Shown: in pieces, positions 33,557 to 44,652 of the stretch
Layout: each line of letters opens with the position of its first letter
How positions within the stretch are numbered: position 1 is the stretch's first letter
Source: Nitrososphaerales archaeon
GTDB taxonomy: Archaea > Thermoproteota > Nitrososphaeria > Nitrososphaerales > UBA213
NCBI GenBank assembly: GCA_965197925.1
Contig: CBDAOC010000017.1
Location: 64,001 to 128,000 of the forward strand
Length of the DNA stretch: 64,000 nt
Direction: 5' to 3'
Notes under the pieces: generated by a model
Databases searched by the model: none
Told to the model about the DNA's origin: nothing
What the model saw: the letters and a program-made list of their open reading frames with translations, nothing else
Program-made: the position numbers and the translations under genes

Positions 33557-34487
33557 GTCTCCTCAACCTTCCCCAGTTAATTCCTGCCAGACCGCGTGGA
33601 GCCAAAAGCAAAGTAATTACAATAAACACGAGCGGTATTAGCGGACGATATGCAATAAGCCAAGAGCCAAACTCGCCTGCCAAAAATCTGGTTCCCAAAA
33701 CCTCGCTTAATCCCACCAACAAGCCGCCAGCTATTGCGCCATAAATACTCAGAAAGCCGCCTGCAATGCTTGCTGCAAACACACTTGGTATCAGAAATGT
33801 CCCCAGGTTTGGGTCTCCCTGAAACCACAACGACATCAGTGCACCTGCAATTCCTGCAAGTCCCCCGCCCAACATCCACGATACACCATAGATGAGTTTT
33901 ACATTCACCCCGACTGTCTGTGCCAGATCAGAGTTTGTAGTAGCTGCCCGCATTGCAGTGCCAAACTTTGTCTGCTTTAGCATGATATGCAGTATTATGG
34001 CCAAAATTCCAACGGTCAGCGGCGCTGCAACTACTATTAGTGGCAGTCCCATAAATTCAGCATCATAGCTCCGCAGTGTAAACTCTCTTGATGTAATCTG
34101 GTATGTCCTTATGATAAGATCTGCAAAAATATTCAATACTGCAATAACTATCAAGTCAAAGGCAAGCGTTGCAATCATTTGTATTGCCTGTGATGCGCCC
34201 TTTCTAATCAGCGGCTTTAGGATAAAGATGTATAGTGCAACTGCCACCATGCCAGAAATTACAAACGTTATCGGAATGGCAGCATACGGACTGGTATTCC
34301 AGATTCTGGTTGTAACCAGTGCAATATATACGCCAATTGTGGCAAAAGATGCATGGGCAAAATTAGGCACTCTGGTCGTAAGGTATGTAAGTGTAAGACC
34401 GATGCTTAGCAGTGTCAACAAACTTGCAAATATTATTGCATCAGAAAATATGGGATCATACGTCATTTTAATATTTTGAAAAGGCAA
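33540..34487 (-). CDS. livH: branched-chain amino acid ABC transporter permease (likely start MTYDP at 34466)
   Basis: SIGLTLTY...NFAHA, TKFGTAMRA, PRGLAG. Confidence 0.9.
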   Translation of the reverse strand: MPFQNIKMTYDPIFSDAIIFASLLTLLSIGLTLTYLTTRVPNFAHASFATIGVYIALVTTRIWNTSPYAAIPITFVISGMVAVALYIFILKPLIRKGASQAIQMIATLAFDLIVIAVLNIFADLIIRTYQITSREFTLRSYDAEFMGLPLIVVAAPLTVGILAIILHIMLKQTKFGTAMRAATTNSDLAQTVGVNVKLIYGVSWMLGGGLAGIAGALMSLWFQGDPNLGTFLIPSVFAASIAGGFLSIYGAIAGGLLVGLSEVLGTRFLAGEFGSWLIAYRPLIPLVFIVITLLLAPRGLAGINWGRLRRHGSRS

Positions 34488-34521
34488 ACTCTTTATTTAT
34501 TTAACTCTTTTTTACTATCTT

Positions 34522-35274
34522 GTGAGCATATTAACAATATCTAACATTACAAAAAGCTTTGACAACCTTACCGTCTTGGACGGACTAGACATGGACATAC
34601 AACAAGGAAAGATATACCTGCTAATCGGCCCCAATGGAAGCGGCAAGACCACACTGATCAACGTCATATCTGGCATGCTAAGACCAGACGGCGGCAGCAT
34701 AATCTTTGATGGCAAGGACATAACACACAAATCACTATACGACACATTCAGGGCAGGCCTGGTCAGAACCTGGCAGATACCACAGCTGTTTGTCAATCTA
34801 ACTACCATGGAGAATTTTTTAATACCTAGTACAAATGTCGGCGAGTCGTTTGTTTTTGCACTAATAAAATCAAAATGGAAAAAAAATGAAAAAAAGATCA
34901 TAGATGAAGCATTGGAGGTAATGAAGATGGTCAATCTGATAGAGAAGAAAGATATTTCTAGTCAAAACCTCAGCGGAGGCCAGCAAAAACTGCTGGAGTT
35001 AGGCAGGGCAATGATGTCAGGTGCCAAAATGATCCTAATGGATGAGCCAATTGCAGGTGTAAATCCGACGCTGGCACACGATATATTTGAGAATATATCA
35101 AAAATTTGCAAGGAGCAAAAAATCACATTTTTAATTATAGAACACATGCTGGATATTGCACTGCAATATACAGATCATGTCTTTGCAATGAATGCAGGAC
35201 GAATAATTGCAGAAGGTATCTCAGAAGAGATAATAAAACACCCCAAAGTGATAGAATCATATCTAGGAGGATAA
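34522..35274 (+). CDS. livG: branched-chain amino acid ABC transporter ATPase
   Basis: GPNGSGKTT, RTWQIP, LSGGQQKLLELGRA, DEPIAGVNP, YLG ending. Confidence 0.92.
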   Translation: MSILTISNITKSFDNLTVLDGLDMDIQQGKIYLLIGPNGSGKTTLINVISGMLRPDGGSIIFDGKDITHKSLYDTFRAGLVRTWQIPQLFVNLTTMENFLIPSTNVGESFVFALIKSKWKKNEKKIIDEALEVMKMVNLIEKKDISSQNLSGGQQKLLELGRAMMSGAKMILMDEPIAGVNPTLAHDIFENISKICKEQKITFLIIEHMLDIALQYTDHVFAMNAGRIIAEGISEEIIKHPKVIESYLGG

Positions 35275-35994
35275 ATGTCCCAAACAATAATTTGTGTAGA
35301 CGCATTAAATGCAGGTTATGCAAACAGCCACATACTGTTTGACGTGGATTTTAAGGCAAGGCAAAAAGAGATTACTGTAATAGTAGGACCCAACGGCAGC
35401 GGCAAGAGCACTCTGCTCAAAAGCATCTTTGGTCTATCTACCATATATTCAGGCAGCATTAGCTTTCATCAAAAAAACATTACGGGCCTGGCCCCACACC
35501 AGATAGCACGAAAAAAAATTGCATATTTGCCACAGGTAAACAACGTGTTTGCCAATCTTACTATAAGGGAGAATCTCACCATGGCGAGCTATACCCTGGA
35601 TGCAAAGACTACATCCCAAAGAGTACCGCAGATGTATGAGGCGTTTCCCATACTGGAACAATTGGCAAAGGCAAAGGCAAGTACGCTTAGCGGTGGACAG
35701 CGCCAGATGCTTGGCATGGCCATGGCACTAATAAGACGGTCACAAGTAATGCTCTTCGATGAGCCAACTGCAAGCCTTTCACCCAAGCTGGCAGACGAGG
35801 TATTAGATAAGATCAATCAGATGCGAGATGAATTTGATATTACCGTTATACTGGTTGAACAAAATGTAAAGCGTGCCCTAAAGTTAGGAGACTATGTCTA
35901 TTTGCTGGCAAACGGCAAGAACGTCTTTAAAGGAAAACCGCAAGAATTACTGGTACACCCTGAGCTAAGTAAGCTGTACCTAGGAATCAGTTAG
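35275..35994 (+). CDS. livF: branched-chain amino acid ABC transporter ATPase
   Basis: GPNGSGKST, LSGGQRQML, DEPTASLSP, LVEQN. Confidence 0.92.
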   Translation: MSQTIICVDALNAGYANSHILFDVDFKARQKEITVIVGPNGSGKSTLLKSIFGLSTIYSGSISFHQKNITGLAPHQIARKKIAYLPQVNNVFANLTIRENLTMASYTLDAKTTSQRVPQMYEAFPILEQLAKAKASTLSGGQRQMLGMAMALIRRSQVMLFDEPTASLSPKLADEVLDKINQMRDEFDITVILVEQNVKRALKLGDYVYLLANGKNVFKGKPQELLVHPELSKLYLGIS

Positions 35995-35996
35995 TA

Positions 35997-37256
35997 CTAA
36001 GTTGTCGAATCAGTTAGTACTATATTGTCATCGCTTTGAGTGTATTTTCCCAACAAAATCCATTTATCGCCACGAATTCCCCATATCTCATAATCGGCAT
36101 GATCTAGATCCCCTGCATCATTTAGTCTTGTCACACCAATAGCACCACTATAATTTTCTGCAATCTCAGGTAGTATTTTTTTTATCATATCAACATCGGT
36201 GGACTGGGCTTCAAGTATTGCCAGACCTACAAGCCATACTGCATCATAGGAGGAATGCGTATATGAATTGGGTATTCTACCAAGCGTACTAAATACATAA
36301 TCTTGCACATGCTGGTATACCTCGTTTTGAGATGATGCAACCTGCACCGTAGTAAACTGTACATTTGTAGAAAAATCTAATCCTATTGAATCATCAATTA
36401 GCTTGCTCTCCTTGGTGTTAGCCCCTGGGCCAAACCATTTTACTTTATCTAATACATCGTGCTCCGAAGCTGACTGCATAAATTGTAAAATTTCACCAAA
36501 GCCCAAAAATAAAATAGCTACGTTGTTTTCACCATATTCATCAACGTAACTCTGTACTTCTTGTGCCAACAGTGAAGTTGATACTGAAAACTCGGGGGAC
36601 TCTGGGTTGTAACGAATTCCTTCGCCAACTTGACCTCCACGTCCTTCAAACGAATTAATTGTAGTTTCACTTAGACCGTCACCCCATGTATCTGCCCTAT
36701 ACACAGGAATCATTACTTGTATGCCCTCATGCTCTAATAGCCTGCCAAGTGCAGTGCCTTGTTTGCTATCATCTGGCAACAGACGGTATACACTGTCATT
36801 TGGTATGGCAAGTGAGGGGGCAGTCGAGCAGCAGCTTACAATCAACATGTTGTTTGAATCAGAATAGCCCTTGATGTTTCTGATATTGGCACTGGTCTCA
36901 GGGCCAATTACTATGCTGATTCCTTTGGAATTTAATGTAGTTATCTTTTCTAGTGCAATAACAGGACTTGTAGCAGAGTCTTCTACAACTAGTTTAATGC
37001 TCCATTCTTCCTCAAGTTCGGCCAAATATTCGTTAAAGTCCGCAACACCTAGTTTTGTACCTTCCAGATTTTCTTCACCATGACTGGATAGATCTCCTGT
37101 TAGTGGAAGTATGGCACCAATTTTTATCTCGCCTGATAGCTCCATGGAATCATCTATGCTGGTATCTTGCATGCCTGTATCTAATGTGAGGAAAAGTACA
37201 GTGCTTGGAATTATAATCACCGCTATGATAATTGCTACTTTTACAGTTAATTTCAC
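35997..37256 (-). CDS. livK: branched-chain amino acid ABC transporter substrate-binding protein (LivK-like)
   Basis: N-terminal anchor; IKIGAILPLTGDLS, SYDAVWL, YSGAIGVTRLNDAGD. Confidence 0.88.
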   Translation of the reverse strand: MKLTVKVAIIIAVIIIPSTVLFLTLDTGMQDTSIDDSMELSGEIKIGAILPLTGDLSSHGEENLEGTKLGVADFNEYLAELEEEWSIKLVVEDSATSPVIALEKITTLNSKGISIVIGPETSANIRNIKGYSDSNNMLIVSCCSTAPSLAIPNDSVYRLLPDDSKQGTALGRLLEHEGIQVMIPVYRADTWGDGLSETTINSFEGRGGQVGEGIRYNPESPEFSVSTSLLAQEVQSYVDEYGENNVAILFLGFGEILQFMQSASEHDVLDKVKWFGPGANTKESKLIDDSIGLDFSTNVQFTTVQVASSQNEVYQHVQDYVFSTLGRIPNSYTHSSYDAVWLVGLAILEAQSTDVDMIKKILPEIAENYSGAIGVTRLNDAGDLDHADYEIWGIRGDKWILLGKYTQSDDNIVLTDSTT

Positions 37257-37474
37257 GGACTAAATGGTAAGTAACATATTATTAAATATTCTGTACAAGT
37301 CATTTCAAAGCTATTTAGCGATTAGTGAAACTTCTACGATTGCTCTATCTATTTGTCAGGCATTTTGGTGCATTCATCCAGTGTTGTCCAGCAGCAATAT
37401 GGAATATATGTATACAAGGAAGTATATACTTGGATAAAATCGATATGAATCAAAATCTCAATCAGTTGACAATA

Positions 37475-38506
37475 GACCTATTGCATAATTAGACAATTCT
37501 GTAGCCTGAATCGAAACGATCAGATCAGGGCTTGTATCTATAGGATACGTGCCATTGCTGAACTATACACGCCCCTCCAAAAAGCCATCCTTATTCAAAT
37601 CATTCACCGGACTGGAAGTGGCAGAGTTTGATGCTATCTACAGGGAGATAACATCAAAGTATGAAAGAAGACGGCTGTCCGAAAGGAGAAAAAGAGATTT
37701 CGGTGCCGGAAGGAAATTCAAACTTGAGCTAAAGGACAGGTTCTTGATGCTTCTGGTCTATTACAGGCTATACATAACATACACGCTCTCCTTCCTCTTT
37801 GATCTTGACCAGAGCAATGTGTATAGAGATATACATATGCTGGAATCTCTCGTAAAGAAGTATATCCCATTTCCAAAGAAACTGTATAGCATGTCAAGAA
37901 GAGCCAGAACCATGGAAGAGGTTGAACTATACTTTCCTGGTTTCAGGACATTCATCGATGCTACAGAGCAAGAGATACCCAGACCTAAGAATAAGGGGAG
38001 AAGGAAGAGCTACTCGGGCAAGAGGAAGAGGCATACTGTGAAGATCCAGTACATGGTGAATGGCAATGGCCTGATACTCCATAAGACAGGTCATGAGAGT
38101 TGGGAGGAAACATGATTATTCCATCTATAAGGAGAAACATCCCATAACTCTCATAGGTTGAGAATCATTTCGATTTGGGATACAAGGGAGTCCAGAATGA
38201 CTTTCCTGATATGAGGTGTGTTCTACCAGTAAAGAAGAGGAGAAAGGGAAAGCTATCGAAGAAGGAAAGAAGGCAGAATAGAAGACTTGCAAGGAAGAGG
38301 TTTGTGGTTGAGCATGCAATAAGCAAAGTAAGGAAGTTCAATATAATGGGAACAAGGTTCAGGAATAGGCTAGGTACAATTATGCTTCCGACATTGTTTC
38401 TGGTTTGGTGAACTTCAGAATAATGCGAAGTAAAGGAATGATGTTATGAAGAGCGAGTATCTGGCTGAGGTTAAGGTAGTTACGATTCCTAATTATGCAA
38501 TAGGTC
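37475..38506 (+). mobile_element. IS5-superfamily element (type E; HTH_Tnp_4/DDE_Tnp_4-like transposase), frameshifted
   Basis: Perfect 18-bp TIR GACCTATTGCATAATTAG flanked by TA on both sides; FKSFTGL, FIDATEQEIPRP, DLGYKG, RFVVEHAI. Confidence 0.93.
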
Positions 38507-38706
38507 TAGTAAATACTCTTTTCAATTTTTCACTAAATGGTTTTTTTGCAGTAATCTCCAGATAGCACTTACCTATCGGTTCGAAAGTCTCGTACAATGC
38601 TTTCTCTATAGGTTCGTAGAAACCAGCTTCACTCTTCCTGGGGAAAGATTTCATCAAGTATCTCCTCATCTTCTAGAAGTTCTTGTTGATTATCATTATT
38701 CTCTCT

Positions 38707-39264
38707 CTATGGAATTGTTTGGGGGTATATCAAAACCTCCTGCAAAGAAATGTTTGTAACACATGCACTGGCAGTACAGCTGCATGAACTTCTTGACAAA
38801 CAGGCAGACAGAAGACGTGATGATCTTTTCAAGATGGTATCTGAAATACATGAGGTAGTTGTGCGGTAAGGAGTCATTTTTCGCTCTTCCTTCATTAGCT
38901 CATCTCCCTGCTTGTTTAGTAGTACTGTACCATCTTTGTTAGAAAGTTCAGTAGTTTGGTGAATTAATTCACCGGCTTCTTTCTTATGTTGTTTCTCCTT
39001 TTGTTTGTATTTATCTGGTAAAACCATTAATATCCATCTTTTAGTTACTAAATCATCTAGGTCATGTACAACATGATTAGCTATAGGTTCAGGTTTAACA
39101 CCGTCTTCGAGTTTCTTAGCGAGTTCTAATACACGATCTTTTTTCTTCTCTAAACCCTCTTGAAGTTCCCCTCTCACATCATCCAATAACTCTTGATAGG
39201 ATTGTTCACTCTTGGTTGTCGTCTCCATGCCTGCGTTGCGGATTCCTGCCTGCATTCCATACAC
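38707..39264 (-). pseudogene. MGE/virus-type hypothetical protein, degenerate 3' part
   Basis: Charged helical N-terminal half ending RWILMVLPDKYKQ; in a cluster of short overlapping genes; C-terminal part looks out of frame. Confidence 0.5.
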
Positions 39265-39374
39265 AAAAATTCACGATCGTCTGGATTCGAGCAATCGCAC
39301 TTCCCTATCGTACTGTGAAAGTTACACCCAATACATCTTATCTTATGCTCATGTATCGATACATTGGTAGTCAT
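39174..39374 (-). CDS. small Cys-rich protein (MGE-type)
   Basis: CIGC..CDC..CMEC; ATGA-coupled to the upstream RHH relic. Confidence 0.55.
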   Translation of the reverse strand: MTTNVSIHEHKIRCIGCNFHSTIGKCDCSNPDDREFLCMECRQESATQAWRRQPRVNNPIKSYWMM

Positions 39375-39523
39375 GCTTTGGCCTCCAGTTTGTCTAGTTT
39401 CTCACGTATTATTGAAGAAATAAAATCAGAAATGTTACGATAATTAGATTTTATATTGTTTGTTATTGCTTCTACCTTATCAACTAGTTTTCTTGGTAGT
39501 TATACAGGTCTCCAGTTATTCAT
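39371..39523 (-). pseudogene. small ribbon-helix-helix regulator with a nonsense codon (not in ORF track)
   Basis: MNNWRPV*LPRKLVDKVEAITNNIKSNYRNISDFISSIIREKLDKLEAKA; aligns with WRAVQLPKELVDEV...SISQFIS of the divergent gene. Confidence 0.8.
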
Positions 39524-39634
39524 ATAATATGCATATTACATATACTATTAATGTTTGTAATATAAATATTATAAACCATTTTGTAGCAAATTTGTTATAT
39601 AGGAGTTGAAAAATATTTTTTGTAAGAGTGTATC

Positions 39635-40030
39635 ATGGTAAAAAAAGATAACTTTGGTTGGCGTGCTGTACAGCTACCAAAAGAATTAGTTGATGAAGTA
39701 GCGAAAATGTTGCAAACTGATATAGTAAAAAAACAAGGGATAACAAGTATCAGTCAATTCATTTCAAGAACAGTTAGTAAAGAGTTAGAAAAATTAGAAT
39801 TCAAACGCATGAAGCACGTCAACATGTACGATGACCATGTAAAAATCATGGACAACAAACTTGGTAAATTGGGCAGAATAGTTTCAGTATATTTCAAGAA
39901 AGAAAATAGTCCATGGTGCGACTATTGCGAGGAGCCAGACTGCATCCATGTTCAGTACGCCTGGGAGATTGCAGATGTACGGAAGATTCTGGAAAAATAC
40001 GGATTTAGTCCTCCTCCATCAAGGGTCTAG
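39635..40030 (+). CDS. ribbon-helix-helix (CopG-like) regulator with C-terminal Zn-binding domain
   Basis: VQLPKELVDEV...ITSISQFISRTV RHH pattern; WCDYCEEPDCIH. Confidence 0.8.
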   Translation: MVKKDNFGWRAVQLPKELVDEVAKMLQTDIVKKQGITSISQFISRTVSKELEKLEFKRMKHVNMYDDHVKIMDNKLGKLGRIVSVYFKKENSPWCDYCEEPDCIHVQYAWEIADVRKILEKYGFSPPPSRV

Positions 40031-40170
40031 ATATTCTTTCCCATTGTTAACACGTTGCTTACAGTAGTACATTAATTGATCAATGTGGGATTTCCCGCTC
40101 ACGGAGTTAAAGTCCGGACCTTGTCAACTAAAATCTTGACTTGAATCGTAAGTCTCTTCATCAAAAGACC

Positions 40171-40929
40171 TTATTTCATGCATACAACTGGTATCGCTTT
40201 TTTTATTGTAGGATATTCGTCATAAGTTCTGCCGTTTATCATTCTGCCACCAGATTTCGGTCTAATGCCACCCCACTGCTTGAAAAATACTTTGACTTTT
40301 TGCTTTCTGCATTGTCGTTTTATTTCCATTATCCATTCTTTTTTAACTGGCCTAAATCCAAAACCACTTTCGCCGCCTATTATCGCCCAATTAATACCAT
40401 CCAGATTTACTTCACCAACAGAACCAAGGAGCGGCTCAAAGCTTATAAATCGGACATCACACTTTACCTTTCTAAGCTCATCTATTCTTCCCACATTATC
40501 TTCGTTTTCAACACTAGTTCCCATCCAGATATGAGCGGGGATTTCCTGATTAAAATACTTGTAAAAGGAATTTGAAAATTCCTCCATCTTCTTCGGGCGT
40601 TTCGTAAGAACTTGATATATGTGCCAATTTGCTTGCATCATAGTATGAAAACATCTATCGATAAATTCCATAGTTGCTTCCTCATGGAAAAGATCAGACA
40701 TGCTGTTTACGAAAATCTTCCTCGGTTTTTTCCAATGCAACGGAAGTTCTAATTCGCCGAGATGTTCGGTAAACTGAAATTCATTCTGATATTTTTTCAA
40801 ACCCATGGCCTTGAGGCGTTTAGACAGGGTCGCAGCATAACAATTCTTGCAACCGGAAGATACTTTTGTACAACCAGTCGTTGGGTTCCATGTAGTTTCG
40901 GTCCATTCTATTCTAGAGCCGTTTGCCAT
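40171..40929 (-). CDS. DUF5131 / phage Gp37-Gp68 family radical-SAM-like protein
   Basis: IEWTETTWNPTTGCTKVSSGCKNCYA, FVNSMSDLFHE, QVLTKRP, SFEPLL, GGESG, FFKQWGG. Confidence 0.93.
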   Translation of the reverse strand: MANGSRIEWTETTWNPTTGCTKVSSGCKNCYAATLSKRLKAMGLKKYQNEFQFTEHLGELELPLHWKKPRKIFVNSMSDLFHEEATMEFIDRCFHTMMQANWHIYQVLTKRPKKMEEFSNSFYKYFNQEIPAHIWMGTSVENEDNVGRIDELRKVKCDVRFISFEPLLGSVGEVNLDGINWAIIGGESGFGFRPVKKEWIMEIKRQCRKQKVKVFFKQWGGIRPKSGGRMINGRTYDEYPTIKKAIPVVCMK

Positions 40930-41070
40930 AAATTATACATGATTGATGCCCATAAGTATTTAATGGACTAGGTCGCTGTTTTTGCTCCTGTGGATCAAAA
41001 AGGATAGAAATTGACTCATTTACGCCTGAAAGGATTGAAGATTAAAAGCAAAAATAGGATATAAGATTGT

Positions 41071-42165
41071 ATGTCTAAACAGTCCACCATCTTGGATATA
41101 GAACCGCATACTCACGCTAAACATCAGATTTTGGAGGAATATTTGAAGGCATGGTTTCCTATCATGTCGAAATGGTCTGGTCGCATAATGTATCTGGACG
41201 GTTTTGCGGGACCAGGAGTGTATTCAAAGGGAGAAGAGTGTTCACCAATAATTTCAATTAGAATTGCCCGGAACCATTTTCTTAAAGACAAATTAGGAGA
41301 GATAATTTTCTGGTTTATTGAAAAAGATGAAAAAAGAGCCAACAAACTCCCAGAGGTTCTTAAAGAAAGATTTCCAGACCTCCCTAAGAATTTCCGATTT
41401 AAGGTTGTAAAGTCAGATTTTGTAACAGTAGTTGAAAAAAACCTTGATGCCTTGGAAAAAGAAGGAGATAAACTCCTTCCAACTTTTGCTTTTATCGATC
41501 CGTTTGGATTTTCTGATTTTCCAATGAGTCTGATATCACGGCTTTTAAGATATGATAAATGTGAAGTGCTAATTACGTTCAGGGCAGGATTTGTCAATCG
41601 ATTTACTAAGCTTCATCAGAACGTGATAGATGATCTTTTTGGGACTCACGAATGGAGTGAGATTAATAAAATGGGTGACCCAGACGGAAGAAGAAACTTC
41701 ATACTGCAATTATATCAGAACCAGCTAACCCGAGCTACAAATGCCAAATTTGTAAAAACATTTGAAATGACAGGAAGAAAGAACCAACTTATTTATTATC
41801 TTATTTTTGCAACTAAACATTTATCAGAGCTGGAAGTTATTAAAGAAATCATGTTTAAAGTTGACAAAAAAGGCACATACAGGTTTTCCGACAGGACAGA
41901 TCCTAAACAGACATTCATTCTTGATTATGAAAATAAAGAACATTGGGTTTCCGAAGCCTCAAAACTTGTTTATACAAAATTTAGAGGTCAACGCGTTTCA
42001 ATAGAGGAAATACGTGAATTTGTTGTAGTCGATACTCCTTACATATTTAGAAAGAAGATTTTACGGCATCTGGAATCTTCTATGCCGTCAAGAATAGTAA
42101 AAGTCGATGGTAGAACAAGACCATCGACATACCCAGATGGGTGTAAAATCACATTTTCCAAATAG
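41071..42165 (+). CDS. tcmP: three-Cys-motif partner protein TcmP (methyltransferase-like)
   Basis: HTHAKHQILEEYLKAW, YLDGFAGPGVY, FAFIDPFG, YYLIFATKH; adjacent to DUF5131. Confidence 0.9.
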   Translation: MSKQSTILDIEPHTHAKHQILEEYLKAWFPIMSKWSGRIMYLDGFAGPGVYSKGEECSPIISIRIARNHFLKDKLGEIIFWFIEKDEKRANKLPEVLKERFPDLPKNFRFKVVKSDFVTVVEKNLDALEKEGDKLLPTFAFIDPFGFSDFPMSLISRLLRYDKCEVLITFRAGFVNRFTKLHQNVIDDLFGTHEWSEINKMGDPDGRRNFILQLYQNQLTRATNAKFVKTFEMTGRKNQLIYYLIFATKHLSELEVIKEIMFKVDKKGTYRFSDRTDPKQTFILDYENKEHWVSEASKLVYTKFRGQRVSIEEIREFVVVDTPYIFRKKILRHLESSMPSRIVKVDGRTRPSTYPDGCKITFSK

Positions 42166-42178
42166 AATTACAGATTGA

Positions 42179-43229
42179 TTACATTTTCCCGTAGCAATTG
42201 CAAGTTAAAGGAGCATATTTTATACTCATTGATCTCCACATGTTGACCGTTTCCCTACACATTGATATTCTCGATGGGGGATATCCGATTGATTTTAACT
42301 TGTCATAAAATTGGTACATCTCCTTTCTTTGAAGTCCAGTTTCTTTCCCCATCCTGAATCCTCCCTAAAATATTTAGCCCACGACATATCTACGCCTGCC
42401 ATAGATGCGTACTTTCTTCCATAAGCCGCGAGGCGTCCCTAAAATGATTCTCCGAGGTTCGAATTCCGATAGCAGCCTGTATAACAATTCCTCGTAATGC
42501 TGTTTCCAGTTTTCGATGGGAAAAATCGGGTCTATTCTAATCCTTGTACCAGTCTGCCTCATTCACTTTAGCCGCTTCTATTCTTTCGTACGGTGATGGC
42601 GCAGCTCTTTCCCATTTTTTTGTCACTTCGATTGCATTAATACTCCAAGCACATATTACTTGTCTTCTCGGTTTTTAAGTCAACGTTTTTGGGACCGAAC
42701 TTACTGAGCGTTGACAATTTATGTTTTTTTGCTCCTCGAATTTGTCTGCTGTTTTTCCCATAAGTAACGGAAGCATTAGAGAATCCGAAAGTTCACTGCT
42801 GTTGAATATTGATGGTTCCTATATTTTCAAAGGCTTCATCTAGGGCCGCCAGATAATGTGGCTTGGGACTTGGCTTCATTCTTCCCTAGTCCCTCGAAGA
42901 TAACAATAATTGCAGTCAAGTGGGCACCCGAATGCCCAACGGAGTTCCCAGAATCTCCCTCAAGCAATGTCTTCGGGGGTCTTGTGAAATAACGACACAA
43001 TTCCCTTTCCAAATGAAGTCAGTTCTTCCTTTCCTACTATGGGCTTTATTTCTGGGTGTCTTAAGGTTGTTACTGTCTCCGGTTTTACGAATTCAAGTAT
43101 GGTCTTTGAACCTCGACCAGCAGCTAGACGGTTGTTTTGCCTGATGGTTTTCCATGCTTTGTGAGCGGCCTTGCGCTGACGGATTGTTGCTTTGATTTGT
43201 CTATTGCTATCCTTCACTGATTCTACCAA
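42179..43229 (-). pseudogene. spore-photoproduct-lyase-like radical SAM protein, with stop and frameshifts
   Basis: DIA*GRFWELRWAFGCPLDCNYCYLRG (CxxxCxxC), FNSSELSDS, RIRIDPIFP, ILGTPRGL, TCNCYGKM* end. Confidence 0.82.
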
Positions 43230-44220
43230 TGCTTAGAGGAAGGTAAACGCATGGTTTAAAGCCGCCTAAACCTTCGTCGGCAACCCCACTTCTTTCAGCT
43301 TTTCAAAATCTTCTGATGGGACAGTGCTCTGGTTTAATTTACTGTGGACAAGTTCATATAATTTCTTTTTCCGTTCCTCTTCAAAAACTACTTCAAACCT
43401 GACAGCTTGAGATGACTTGGGTTCCTACCAATCCTTTTTCTTTGCTTCTTAATTCTAGACCGAAAAAATGCTTTGCTTGTAGGAAATATCCTAGTTTTTA
43501 AGTGTAGCTCTTTAGTTTCAGCAATAAAAAACATCAAGTTCATCAGAACTTTTTTCATCTACACTCGTAAAAAATAAAATCGTCATTATTTGACGTCTAT
43601 GCTATGCTCTATTAAATTAGAATATTTTTGTGCAGTTGGTCGGTCTACTTTATTGCTTAACACTATCCAAAAGTCAGAAAGTGATTCAACACCTACTTTG
43701 TCGCACAATTCTCTCCATAATCTTACATTGAATATCTTACATTGAATAGAGCTTTTTTCATTACTTCATCTTCATGATCTGGAGATTCTGGAATCTTCAA
43801 CAATAAAAGATTGAGGCGAACCCTAGAAGAGATGGAAATAGAAATTCTAAATAGAAATTCTCAATTGAAGATTGTCGATAATTTATGGTAGACCGTGTTT
43901 TTTCAAATCATCATAAACCGGTTCGATAAATTCAATAGGATAACCGATCTTAACGATGAAATCCACCAAAGGTCAAATGAATGAGGAAGCCAACGTAATA
44001 GTTGGTAGTTCACTTCAAATATCTCAAGATGTTTCCGTATTTGTTCTTGTGAATCTAGGCTTCAGACGCAAACACATTCGTTGGACCTGTCCAGTTAGTA
44101 CCACTCGCAGTGGCTGGGATTTGGCCAAAGAGCCTTAAAGTCTAATCTATTCACTTCAACTAATGTTTCGATCCAAATCTTAGAGTCTTCTTGAATGCCC
44201 GCATAAGATTCCTTATACTT

Positions 44221-44652
44221 TTACAGGTTTGACAGCTTTAGATGATTTTGCCACCTTGGCTGTCTTTGCCACCTTGGCTGTCTTTGCCACTTGGCTACTT
44301 TGCCGACTTTGACTATTCTTAACAAACGCAATGTTCTCATCACTCTCAATATTCTAAAGAATGGAATTAACAGAAGAATATCGAACCAGCGTTTGCGTAG
44401 GAATGTTTTCCAATTACCAATTGCTCTATATTTGAATATCACATCCACAAGAAACACTCCCCACACTATCCAGGAAATTGTCTGCCATATCGGCTGCACA
44501 CTTTCAGGTATCACTATAATTGGTTCCTCTACGCAGAGGGGTGCCAGTGCATTTATGATAGACTGAGGTATGAATGCCTCTGTACCATCTAGGCATAAAA
44601 CATCAATATCAAACGCAAGAAAGCCTACTACAAACGTCACAATCCATCCCAA
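44221..44652 (-). pseudogene. ion-transport (voltage-sensor-like) membrane protein fragment
   Basis: FLVDVIFKY, WFDILLLIPF, RILRVMRTLRLLRIVK S4-like repeats; 18-bp tandem duplication at the 3' end. Confidence 0.65.
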
